A stretch of DNA of 43,114 nucleotides from Solirubrobacteraceae bacterium (GCA_036268015.1 DATAUX010000224.1:1-43114), one strand, 5' to 3'. Shown: positions 26,583-34,717, counted from the stretch's first letter. The notes: a model not told the origin generated them from the letters alone. Made by a program: numbers and translations.

Positions 26583-28850
26583 TCAGGCCGGGACTGGGGT
26601 GGCGGCGCGGTCGGACTCGCGGTCGAGCACCGCGACCAGCGCTTCGACGGCCTGCGCGTCGAACTGACTCCCCGCGCAGCGCACCAGCTCGGCGCGAGCC
26701 GACGCTGGTCCGATCGACGGCCGGTACGCCCGGTCGCTCGTCATCGCCTCGTAGGCGTCGGCTACCGCGAGGATGCGGGCCTCGAGTGCGACCCCACGCC
26801 CCGCGAGTCCGCCGGGATAGCCCCGGCCGTCGGGCCGCTCGTGGTGGGCGGCCACCCATGGCCGGATGTCTGCGAGGCAGGGGTGCTCGAGGATCTGCGA
26901 GCCGAGCGCCGGATGCGTCCGGATCGTCGCGAGCTCGTCAGGACCAAGCGCTCCCGGCTTGTTGAGGATCGCGTCGGGCACGCCGACCTTGCCGATGTCG
27001 TGGAGCAGGCCGGCCAGCCTGACCCGGCCGATCCGATGCTCGGAGAGACCGAGCTCGCGGGCCATCATCTCCGCGTACCGGCCGACCGTCTCCGAATGCC
27101 GGGCGCTCCCGCTGAAGCGGAGGTCGACGGCTCCGGCCAGGTCGAGCATGACCGCTGTGAACCGCTCGCCCTCGACGTCACGGCCGCGCCCGCCGAAGTC
27201 CGCGTGGTCGGGCGTATCCCGGCTGAACGCGACACTCCGGTTGCGACCGCTCTGCTTGGCTGCGTAGAGGGCGTCGTCGGCCGCGTGGATGAGCGACGCG
27301 GCGGTCTCGCCGTGGCCGGGGAAGGCCGCCAGGCCGAAGCTGATCGTGATCGGCACGGCATCGCCGGCGAACTCGTCGAGCACGGCCCGCCGCAGTCGCT
27401 CGGCCACGACGAGGCCGCCGGCCTGGTCGGTGTCCGGAAGGATCAGGGCGAACTCCTCGCCGCCGACCCGGGCGACGGTGTCGATCTTTCTCCGGGACGA
27501 TTCGAGGACGTCGGTGATCCGCTGGAGCACGATGTCGCCGATCTGATGACCCGACCGGTCGTTGACCGTCTTGAAGTGATCGATGTCGGCCGCGACGAGC
27601 GTGATCTCCTGCCGGCTGCGCCGGGCCCGCTCGAGTTCGAGGTCGAGCAGCTCGCGGAACCCCCGCCGGTTGAGCAGCTTCGTCAGCGGATCGGTACGCG
27701 CCGCGTCGTAGAGGCGGCCGATCAGCAGCTCGACGTGCGCGCGCATCGTCCAGATCAGGGCGGCCGTGACGAGCAGCGTGCCCATCGTCACGACCCACCA
27801 GCTCGCCGCACCGGACGGCGGCGCGACGATCAAGAGGACGCCATAGGCGACGCCGACGTAGGCGATCTGGGCGGCCGTCTGTCGCTTGGTGAGGAAGTAC
27901 GACGAGTAGAGGAAGATCCAGACATAGAAGAAGATCAGCGGGCTCGGCCGCTCGGCCGAGAAGTAGGCGACGCCCGTGATCAGCGTGGTCCCCCAGGTCA
28001 GGGCCACCGGCAGCAGCCAGGTCGGCACGCTTCGCGCCCGCCGGACGAGGACGGCGGAGACGACGTACGCATTGGCGACGATGATCAGCAGGCCGAGCGC
28101 GTTCGGCCGGATCGCGTGCGGAAGCAGCAGCGTGAGCAGCGCGAGGCTGCCGCCGGCCAGGTACAGCCCGCCGAGGGCCTTTGCCATCAGCGCAACGCCG
28201 AAGCTCGAGTCGCCCCGGGTCAGGTGCCCGCTGGAGCGCTCTGGCGGGCAATCGCCGGCCATCCAGGCCGGCCGCTCGGCCGAGGCTCCCGGGAGGACGC
28301 TTGCGTGCCGGCCGCAGACCGCCGTGAAGGCGGGCCTGCAGCCGGTCTCGAAGCCGCTCGCCGGGTACGCACACAGAAGCGAGAAGGACCTATCGCGGCC
28401 GAGCTCGTTCCAGAGGTCTTCGAGCTCGAGCGTCGCCGAGACGTCGCCGTCGTCCCAGAGCAGGGCGACCATCTCGCCGTAGATCCGCACCGATCGTCCG
28501 CCGGCGGCCGCCCTGTCGATCACGCCGCCGATCCGCTCGCGGAAGCGGACGGGGTCGGGCGAACCGTCGACGATCAACGTGTCGAGCAGCTCGGACGCGT
28601 CGAGCGCCAGATACCGCCCGTCGGCGGTCGCCCCGTCCAGATCGATCCCCGCGGCCCGGAGCACGGCGGCGAAGGCGGCTCGGTGCTCGGCCGTCGCGAC
28701 GACGATCGCCGCGTCGTCTGAGCGGAGCGCCGGCCCGATGAAGGAGCCGACCGTCGCGGCCAGGTCGGCGTCGGTCTCGTAGAACTCGACGACGTGCTCG
28801 TGGCGGCGTCCCGCGCCCGAGCCGGCGCGCGAAGCCAGTGGTGACCGCAT
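26583..28850 (-). CDS. MEDS sensor domain - 6 TM - GGDEF diguanylate cyclase - HD-GYP phosphodiesterase
   Basis: Inside ORF 26583..29030; ATG at 28850 (alternatives 28868, 28880). MEDS: HVVEFYETDADL...IYGEMVALLW...LLCAYP. GGDEF: RKID I-site 5 aa before GGEEF. HD-GYP: LLHDIGK and HHERPDGRGYPGG. Confidence 0.9.
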   Translation of the reverse strand: MRSPLASRAGSGAGRRHEHVVEFYETDADLAATVGSFIGPALRSDDAAIVVATAEHRAAFAAVLRAAGIDLDGATADGRYLALDASELLDTLIVDGSPDPVRFRERIGGVIDRAAAGGRSVRIYGEMVALLWDDGDVSATLELEDLWNELGRDRSFSLLCAYPASGFETGCRPAFTAVCGRHASVLPGASAERPAWMAGDCPPERSSGHLTRGDSSFGVALMAKALGGLYLAGGSLALLTLLLPHAIRPNALGLLIIVANAYVVSAVLVRRARSVPTWLLPVALTWGTTLITGVAYFSAERPSPLIFFYVWIFLYSSYFLTKRQTAAQIAYVGVAYGVLLIVAPPSGAASWWVVTMGTLLVTAALIWTMRAHVELLIGRLYDAARTDPLTKLLNRRGFRELLDLELERARRSRQEITLVAADIDHFKTVNDRSGHQIGDIVLQRITDVLESSRRKIDTVARVGGEEFALILPDTDQAGGLVVAERLRRAVLDEFAGDAVPITISFGLAAFPGHGETAASLIHAADDALYAAKQSGRNRSVAFSRDTPDHADFGGRGRDVEGERFTAVMLDLAGAVDLRFSGSARHSETVGRYAEMMARELGLSEHRIGRVRLAGLLHDIGKVGVPDAILNKPGALGPDELATIRTHPALGSQILEHPCLADIRPWVAAHHERPDGRGYPGGLAGRGVALEARILAVADAYEAMTSDRAYRPSIGPASARAELVRCAGSQFDAQAVEALVAVLDRESDRAATPVPA

Positions 28851-29086
28851 CCGGCCCGCAGGACCCATCACCCTGGCCATCGGCCCGGCGCACGGGCGAC
28901 TTGAGATCGGCGAGCCGCCCGCCCCCGGCGCCGGCCGCCAGCGCCCGGGGCACTCCGGGTCAGCTCGAAGCCCGACCGTTCTCTGACGCGATTCCCAGGC
29001 TGCTCTCGGGGTCGCCGGCGATCCTTTCACGAGTCGCAGCGGCCACTCGATGCGATCCGCCCGACCACCAAAGGAGATCGATCAGG

Positions 29087-29317
29087 ATGAGACAGATCAA
29101 ACTAGCAATCGCCACCCTCGCCGCCACCGGCGCACTCGTCGGAGGCGGCGCCGCGATCGCGAGCGCCGCTTCGACCACGACCGCCGCGACCGGAACCACG
29201 GCCGCGACGACGACCGACCACGCCGGACCGCCCGCCGGCGCCAAGGGCACGCCGCCCGCCGGTGCGAAGGGCACGCCGCCGGCCGGCGCCGCGAAGGGTG
29301 ACTGCCCGAACATGTAG
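29087..29317 (+). CDS. small secreted Thr/Ala/Pro-rich repeat protein (76 aa)
   Basis: A strong SD (AAGGAG) lies 10 nt before ATG 29087. Signal peptide MRQIKLAIATLAATGALVGGGAAIASA. Contains 3 x PPAGAKGT-like repeats and ends GDCPNM. Confidence 0.6.
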   Translation: MRQIKLAIATLAATGALVGGGAAIASAASTTTAATGTTAATTTDHAGPPAGAKGTPPAGAKGTPPAGAAKGDCPNM

Positions 29318-29695
29318 GACTCGATCGACCGCAGTGCGCCGGCTCCGCCTCCTCCTCGGCGGGGTCGGCGCCCGGGCGGCCCGGCCCGGCCGCTCGGCGG
29401 CCGGAGCCGCGCGTTACGCTCGCACCCCCGAATCCCGCTCGAACTCCGGCTCCGCCTGATCCTCTCCGACACCCAGCTGCCGCCCGAGCGCCGGGCGTTC
29501 CGCCTGCCGCGCGTCGTCTCCGGTCCGGCCGCCCGCGGCCTGGTCGCGATCGTCCTCGCCGGCTGCGGCGGCGGATCCGCGGCGGGCGCCGGGTCGAGCT
29601 CGAATCCGAGCCGCCCGACCGCCCGGCCGACCGTCGTCGCGAGCGATCTGGCCAACCCGCGGCAGCTGACCGTCGCCGCGGACGGGGCGATCTAC

Positions 29696-30664
29696 GTGGC
29701 CGAGGCCGGCGACGGCGGCCGCAGCGACTGCGCGAAGCCGGCCGGCCAGGCCGCCGCCGTCTGCATCGGCGACACCGGGTCGATCGCCCGGATCGCCGAT
29801 CGCCGGACGGTGCCCGTGATCACCGGGCTCCCGTCGGTCGCCTCGGCCGGTGGTCAGGAGGCGAGCGGTCCGGCGGACGTCGTCGCCGTCGACGGGAGGC
29901 TGGCGTTCGTGATCCAGGACACGGACCTGTTCGCGTCCGGCGCCAACCAGTTCGGACGGCTCGGCAAGCCGCTCGGCCACCTCGCACTGGCCGCGACGAA
30001 CGGGACCGGCGGATTCCGGCTGGGCGCCGACCTCGCCCGCTACGAGGCGACGCACGACCCCGACCGCGGGGCCGCGGCCGACAGCCGGATCGAGAGCGAT
30101 CCCTACGGACTGGTCGCCTACAGGGGCGGCTACGTCGTCGCGGACGCCGCCGCCAACGACCTGCTCGGGGTCGACAAGTCCGGCGCCGTGCGTGTGATCG
30201 CGGTCCTCCCGACCCAGACCGAGACGACCTCGTCCGGGACGGTGGTCGCCCAGTCGGTGCCGACGTCGGTCGCCGTCGGCCCGGACGGCGCGCTCTACGT
30301 CGGCGAGTTGACCGGCGCCCCGTTCAAGGTCGGCGCCGCGCGGATCTGGCGGGTCGTGCCCGGCCATCCGCCGACCGTCTACGCGACCGGTTTCACCGAC
30401 GTCTCGGCGATCGCCTTCGATCACCGCGGCCGCCTGCTCGTGCTCGAGATCGACCGGCTCGGCCTCACCGACACGAGCGGCTCCGGCGAGCTGATCCGCG
30501 TCACCACCGAGGGCCGGCGAGCGGTCCTCCTGACCCACGGCCTCGTCTCACCGACCGGCGTCGCCGTCGGTCCGGACGGATCGATCTACATCTCGAACTA
30601 CGGGAGCTCCCCGAGCACGGGAGCCGGGCCGCACGGCGAGATCCTCCGCCTCGCGCCCGGCTGA
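29696..30664 (+). CDS. ScyD/ScyE-family beta-propeller protein; the coding region probably extends upstream to a lipoprotein signal with no canonical start
   Basis: ORF 29696..30664 has family-like motifs AEAGDGG...C...CIGDTGSIARI, GALYVGELTG and GSIYISNYG. The same frame is open back to 29318 and encodes RGLVAIVLAGCGGGS (lipobox) at about 29534-29578, but holds no ATG/GTG/TTG. Confidence 0.7.
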   Translation: MAEAGDGGRSDCAKPAGQAAAVCIGDTGSIARIADRRTVPVITGLPSVASAGGQEASGPADVVAVDGRLAFVIQDTDLFASGANQFGRLGKPLGHLALAATNGTGGFRLGADLARYEATHDPDRGAAADSRIESDPYGLVAYRGGYVVADAAANDLLGVDKSGAVRVIAVLPTQTETTSSGTVVAQSVPTSVAVGPDGALYVGELTGAPFKVGAARIWRVVPGHPPTVYATGFTDVSAIAFDHRGRLLVLEIDRLGLTDTSGSGELIRVTTEGRRAVLLTHGLVSPTGVAVGPDGSIYISNYGSSPSTGAGPHGEILRLAPG

Positions 30665-30669
30665 GCGCG

Positions 30670-31938
30670 TCAGGCGTCGAAGGTGACGGCCATCGTCGTC
30701 GGGTACGGCCCCGTCTTGACGAGCTTCCCGGCGTCACCGGCAGCCCGGGCGACGTTCGACTGCTTGAGCACGGCCTTCGCGATCAGCGGAATCTGCAGCG
30801 CATTGGCAAAGCGCCCGAAGCAGACGTGCATGCCCGCGCCGAAGTGCAGGTAGTCGTGGGCCGGCCGCCCCGGGCGGAAGCCGTTGGGATCGTCGATCAC
30901 GGCCGGATCGAGCATCGCCGACTGCGTCGCCGCGAAGGTCACGGTCCCGGCCTTGATCAGCGACTCGTGCATCGTGCCCTCGGCGACGACGAAGTCGGTC
31001 AGCGCCCGCCGGATCAGTCCCGGCCCCTGGGGCGCCAGGCGCATCCCCTCCCAGAGGATCGCCCGGACCGTGTCGTCGTCGCCGGCGAGGGCCGCGTCGT
31101 GGGCGCTCGCGAGCGCGTCGGGATGGTCGAGGATGACGTCGAGCGCGAAGCTCGTCGCCGTCGCGATCGTCGGCACGAAGCCGGTCATCAGGCCGATCAG
31201 GTTGGCGGCGATCTGCTCGTCGGCGAACGCGGTGTCCGGGTTCGCCTGCATCGCCAGCAGACGGCCGAGGACGTCCTCGGCGGCGGTCCCCGCCGCCTTG
31301 CGCTCGGCGATCACGCCCGCGAGGTACGGCTTCCACTCGCCGACCGCGGCGAGCGCGGCCGCGTGGATCTTCGGGTCGTTCGTGACGTTGACGAAGATGT
31401 CCTCGAACATCGCGCAGGCCCACTCGATCAGCTTGTCCTCACTCGGCCCGGGCGTGCCGAACCAGTGCCCGATCAGGCGGGCCGGGACCCGCTTGGCGAG
31501 GTCGGGGATCTCGACCCGACCGTCCCGGGCAGCCGCCTCGCCGACGAGCTCGTCGGCGGCCTGGGTCACGAAGCCGACCAGGTCCGGCATGTCCGAGCGC
31601 GGGGCCGCGAGGCGGAGGATCGAGATGTCGTGCTCGTACTCCGGCGAGTCGTCGAGGCCGAGGATGAAGTCGCCGACGAGCGCCTGCATCTTCTCGTTGT
31701 ACGGGGCGACGCCGAACGACTCGTCGTTGGTCAGGACCTCGACGACGTCCGGGTAGCGGGTGACGATCGCGATGTCATGGATGTGGAGGACCGGTTTCAG
31801 CGTGCGGAGCAGGTCGAACAGCGGCTGGGGGTGGGCCGTGACCTCCGCGGTCAGCTTGGCCTTCCCCTCGGCCACGAATCGGTCGACATCGGCCCCCAGC
31901 CGGCTGCCGAAATGCTCGAGCTCGTCATCGATGCTCAC
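30670..31938 (-). CDS. cytochrome P450 (atypical I-helix)
   Basis: GTG at 31938 overlaps the DyP stop (GTGA). Heme loop HFGAGMHVCFGRF, EXXR as WEGMR, PERF-like DPNGFRPGRP. The I-helix reads GLMTGFVPTIAT. Confidence 0.9.
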   Translation of the reverse strand: MSIDDELEHFGSRLGADVDRFVAEGKAKLTAEVTAHPQPLFDLLRTLKPVLHIHDIAIVTRYPDVVEVLTNDESFGVAPYNEKMQALVGDFILGLDDSPEYEHDISILRLAAPRSDMPDLVGFVTQAADELVGEAAARDGRVEIPDLAKRVPARLIGHWFGTPGPSEDKLIEWACAMFEDIFVNVTNDPKIHAAALAAVGEWKPYLAGVIAERKAAGTAAEDVLGRLLAMQANPDTAFADEQIAANLIGLMTGFVPTIATATSFALDVILDHPDALASAHDAALAGDDDTVRAILWEGMRLAPQGPGLIRRALTDFVVAEGTMHESLIKAGTVTFAATQSAMLDPAVIDDPNGFRPGRPAHDYLHFGAGMHVCFGRFANALQIPLIAKAVLKQSNVARAAGDAGKLVKTGPYPTTMAVTFDA

Positions 31939-33302
31939 GCTGCACCACCCCCCGCTGCCGCAGCAAGGAACTGCAGGCCATTGATTCCGGGCACGAAGAA
32001 GTACTCGCCGCCCCTGACGGTGACGACCCGCTCGAGCGGTCCGACGAAGAACGGCGGGTCGCCGGGGACGATCATCTTCTTGACGGTCGCCGGGTCCTCC
32101 TGGTCCTGCGGCCCGAGCAGGACGTCCTGATCCTCGCCGAGGCCGAACGTGTTGCCCGCGCCGAGCCACTGGGACTGGACGAACTCGAACTGGCGGGCGA
32201 TGCTCGCCTGGAGCGTGATGAAGATCACGCCGCGGTCCCTGCCGTCGTCCTCGGCGCCGGCCGCCAGCGGCGGTCCGTAGGGGAGTCCGCGGCGGATCAG
32301 CCGGTGGCGGTTGACGAGCTGGCCGTCGAACGGCAGGCTGTCGCGGGGGTTCACGCGGCGGGTGTGGGCGCCGATCGGACACTTCAGCCCATTCGGGTCG
32401 TCCGCGTACCGGGACGAGTTGTTGCGCTGCTCGTCGGCCACGATCGCCGGGTCCGGCTGCTCGGGCGAGAGCTCGAGCGGCGTGCCGTCGCGCCAGCGGC
32501 CGACGACCTTGGCGGCCAGCAGCTCCTCGCCGCCGGGGTAGAGCTTCGCCGACTCGGTCAGACGACCGCGGAACTTCGCGACGTCCTGGTAGAGCTTCCG
32601 GTAGACGAGGTACGACGCGTTCGTCGTCAGCTCGGCCGCCGGCGGCGCGTCCGGCAGGACGCCCTCCTCGTCGGGGTAGCCGAGGATGAACTCGCCGGCC
32701 CGGATCGGCCGCCAGCCGCCCTCCTTGGTGACGGCGCCCTGCCCCGGCAGCATCGGTACGCCGCTGCCCTCGATCGCCGGCTGGGCGAACCCGTCGGCAT
32801 AGCCGAAGTGCTCGCGCATCGTCGGCAGCAGGGCGCCGACGTCCTCGTAGACGACGGTCAGGCCGCCGCTCGCGGCGATCCCCGCGCGCAGCCGCTTGTC
32901 GTGGGCCTCGAGCGCGGCCTCGTGCTTCGCGCTGATCATCACGAAGACGTGGATCTCGTCGCCTCCGAAACCGCCCTCCCAGTGCTCGGGAGCGCTCTCG
33001 CCGGTGTCGCCGAGCAGGTCGGCCCGGGCGGCCATGCCCTGGCGAAACTCCTCGGGGAAACCGGCCATGCACGCGTCGGGCAGCTCGAGCTTCGCAAGCC
33101 CGGCGTAGCTGAAGGCGAGATTCACACCGGACTCCGGCTTGACCGACCAGGTCGCCGCCGTCTGGACCTCCTCGGTGATCGTCGAGATCCAAGCCGCCGC
33201 ACCCGCGGCGTCGTCGATCCGCAGGAACAGGTAACGCGCGATCGGAAGCGTGTAACCGCGGACGACGAAGCCCTGGATCCGCGCGAGGTCGAGGTCGGTC
33301 AC
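31935..33302 (-). CDS. Dyp-type (dye-decolorizing) heme peroxidase
   Basis: ORF 31935..33302. GXXDG motif FGYADGFAQP, proximal-His region CPIGAHTRRVNPRD, and C-terminal GVIFITLQASIARQFEFVQSQW. GTG at 33302 overlaps the upstream stop (GTGA). Confidence 0.92.
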   Translation of the reverse strand: MTDLDLARIQGFVVRGYTLPIARYLFLRIDDAAGAAAWISTITEEVQTAATWSVKPESGVNLAFSYAGLAKLELPDACMAGFPEEFRQGMAARADLLGDTGESAPEHWEGGFGGDEIHVFVMISAKHEAALEAHDKRLRAGIAASGGLTVVYEDVGALLPTMREHFGYADGFAQPAIEGSGVPMLPGQGAVTKEGGWRPIRAGEFILGYPDEEGVLPDAPPAAELTTNASYLVYRKLYQDVAKFRGRLTESAKLYPGGEELLAAKVVGRWRDGTPLELSPEQPDPAIVADEQRNNSSRYADDPNGLKCPIGAHTRRVNPRDSLPFDGQLVNRHRLIRRGLPYGPPLAAGAEDDGRDRGVIFITLQASIARQFEFVQSQWLGAGNTFGLGEDQDVLLGPQDQEDPATVKKMIVPGDPPFFVGPLERVVTVRGGEYFFVPGINGLQFLAAAAGGGAA

Positions 33303-33847
33303 GCCGGGAAGCTCCGCTCGAAGGCCGCCTTGAGCGCGGCCGGCGCCATGCCCTGGGAGTTCATCGCGAAGGCGATCACGCTGTGGCGGGCCGCCAGGCT
33401 GCTCTTGACATCCTCGACGGTCCGCTCGCCGTACGCGCCGAAGAACAGCGAGCTCTCGACGTGGTGCTTGCGCATATACGCCGCGAACGCCGCCGCGTCC
33501 CCGCTCCCCGGGTAGCCGCAGCAGTGGCTCCAGATCTCGTCCGCCGCGGCGCCGAGGCCTGTGCGCAGGGATTCGAGGTACGAGTCGAGGTCCCTGCCGT
33601 CGAAGTTGCTCGTGAAGAGCAGCTGGCCGAGCTTGAGGTGGTCGCGCTGCCCCTTGCCCTCGTAGACCACGTCGCCGAGCACCACCCAGCGGGCGAAGTG
33701 TGTCCTGGCGACCTTGGCGAGCGGGCTCGCCGGGCCGCCCTCGAGTGCGTTGAGATGCCGCGCGAGGGAGTTCTCGTGGCCCTCGCGGATCGCCGTCAAC
33801 ACGGTCAGCGAGTGAGCCTGCCCGGAGATGTCGTGACGCCCGTTCAC
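33299..33847 (-). CDS. hypothetical protein, paralogue B of the 33844..34419 product
   Basis: GTG at 33847 overlaps the upstream stop (GTGA). GC3 is high. It shares blocks with paralogue A: LTVLT, HFARWVVL, LLFTSNFDG..LDSYLE, IW..CCGYPG. Confidence 0.7.
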   Translation of the reverse strand: MNGRHDISGQAHSLTVLTAIREGHENSLARHLNALEGGPASPLAKVARTHFARWVVLGDVVYEGKGQRDHLKLGQLLFTSNFDGRDLDSYLESLRTGLGAAADEIWSHCCGYPGSGDAAAFAAYMRKHHVESSLFFGAYGERTVEDVKSSLAARHSVIAFAMNSQGMAPAALKAAFERSFPA

Positions 33848-34419
33848 AGGTCGCCCTGGACCTTCGTCAGAAACGCGACGTACGCCGCCTGGAAGGCATC
33901 GGGATCGAGGCCGGCCGAGGCCTTCCTGAAGTCGGCGAGGGCCGCCTCGACCCGCCCGGCGGAGACGATCTCCGTCGTCGTGTGTCCGGGGTAGGCGGAC
34001 CAGTAGTGGTTGGCGACGTACTCGTTGCGACGGATGTACTGCTTGAAGGGCTCGACCGGCAGCGGTCCCGGGAAGCCGAGCGACGTTCCCCAGATCGCCT
34101 TCATGCGCAGGGCGACGACCTCCGAGAAGGCGTCGATGTACTGGTCCCAGGTGCCGTTGAAGTTGCTCTCGAAGAAGAGGTACGGGTGGCTCGGGCGCTG
34201 GCCCTCCCCGTCGGTCCCATCCGGGAAGCGCTTGATCAGCGTCCACCGGGCGTAGTGGATGAACGAGAGGGTCTCGAGCTTCTTCAGCGTGAAAGACAGG
34301 TTCCGACCCGCCCAGAAGACGATCGGGAGCAGTATCGGCCCCAGGCGATTGACCGGTGTGAGCACGGTGATCGCGGTCGCCTTCCCCTCGATATTCGCCA
34401 CGGCGGCAATGTATTCCAT
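33844..34419 (-). CDS. hypothetical protein, paralogue A (first gene of the DyP/P450 operon)
   Basis: ORF 33844..34419 with an ATG start and high GC3. Blocks: ITVLT, IHYARWTLI, YLFFESNFNGTWDQYIDAF, IWGTSLGFPG. Confidence 0.7.
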   Translation of the reverse strand: MEYIAAVANIEGKATAITVLTPVNRLGPILLPIVFWAGRNLSFTLKKLETLSFIHYARWTLIKRFPDGTDGEGQRPSHPYLFFESNFNGTWDQYIDAFSEVVALRMKAIWGTSLGFPGPLPVEPFKQYIRRNEYVANHYWSAYPGHTTTEIVSAGRVEAALADFRKASAGLDPDAFQAAYVAFLTKVQGDL

Positions 34420-34540
34420 CGACGTGACGTTGGCCAGGGCGTTCGGCTGCCCGAACCGCCGCTCGCCGCCTCCTTCGCGTCAGCTCACCGCGGACCCAAA
34501 TCCGCGTTTCGGCGTGCCCCGGTCGGGTAGGGGTGACGCC

Positions 34541-34717
34541 ATGGCCTCGACCAGCCTCGTGTCCGCAGGGATCTCGGCGTTGATCTGGCTCGTGATCTCG
34601 CTGGCGACCGGCGGCTCCGCGCTCTTCTCGGTCGGCGGCGCGATCGTCTGTGGCCTGGTCGTGTTCCTGATCGGATATGCCTTCCGCCTCGTCGTGTCCC
34701 GGAGTCGCTCGCTCTAG
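34541..34717 (+). CDS. small hypothetical membrane protein (58 aa, 2 TM)
   Basis: ATG at 34541 inside ORF 34259..34717, with AGGGGTGA upstream. GC3 is high. Its TAG shares the CTAG tetranucleotide with the convergent gene's stop. Confidence 0.4.
   Translation: MASTSLVSAGISALIWLVISLATGGSALFSVGGAIVCGLVVFLIGYAFRLVVSRSRSL

Noticed and set aside
26209-26667. ORF translating both repeat arrays, including an aromatic-rich EYWTVQYWLSTDQYSPSTPRY stretch. I considered it as a repeat protein or RiPP-like precursor.
   Set aside because: GC3 is mixed rather than at the roughly 90% level of real genes here. The Y/W/ST pattern is just what AGTACT or GTAC encodes in its three frames. The ORF runs into the 3' end of the GGDEF gene on the opposite strand, and I see no RBS.
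29262-29459. 65-aa ORF (frame 0) with very high GC3 between the small secreted gene and the ScyD-like gene
   Set aside because: It has no recognisable family. The likely explanations are a frameshifted 5' part of the ScyD-like gene or a compositional artefact. It is discussed under that finding and not called as a gene.
31935-33302. DyP as encapsulin cargo
   Set aside because: There is no encapsulin shell gene adjacent, and the C-terminus (...LQFLAAAAGGGAA) lacks the usual targeting-peptide pattern.
34714-34717. CTAG shared by two convergent stop codons (TAG on both strands)
   Set aside because: This is a trivial consequence of a palindromic tetranucleotide and has no functional implication by itself.
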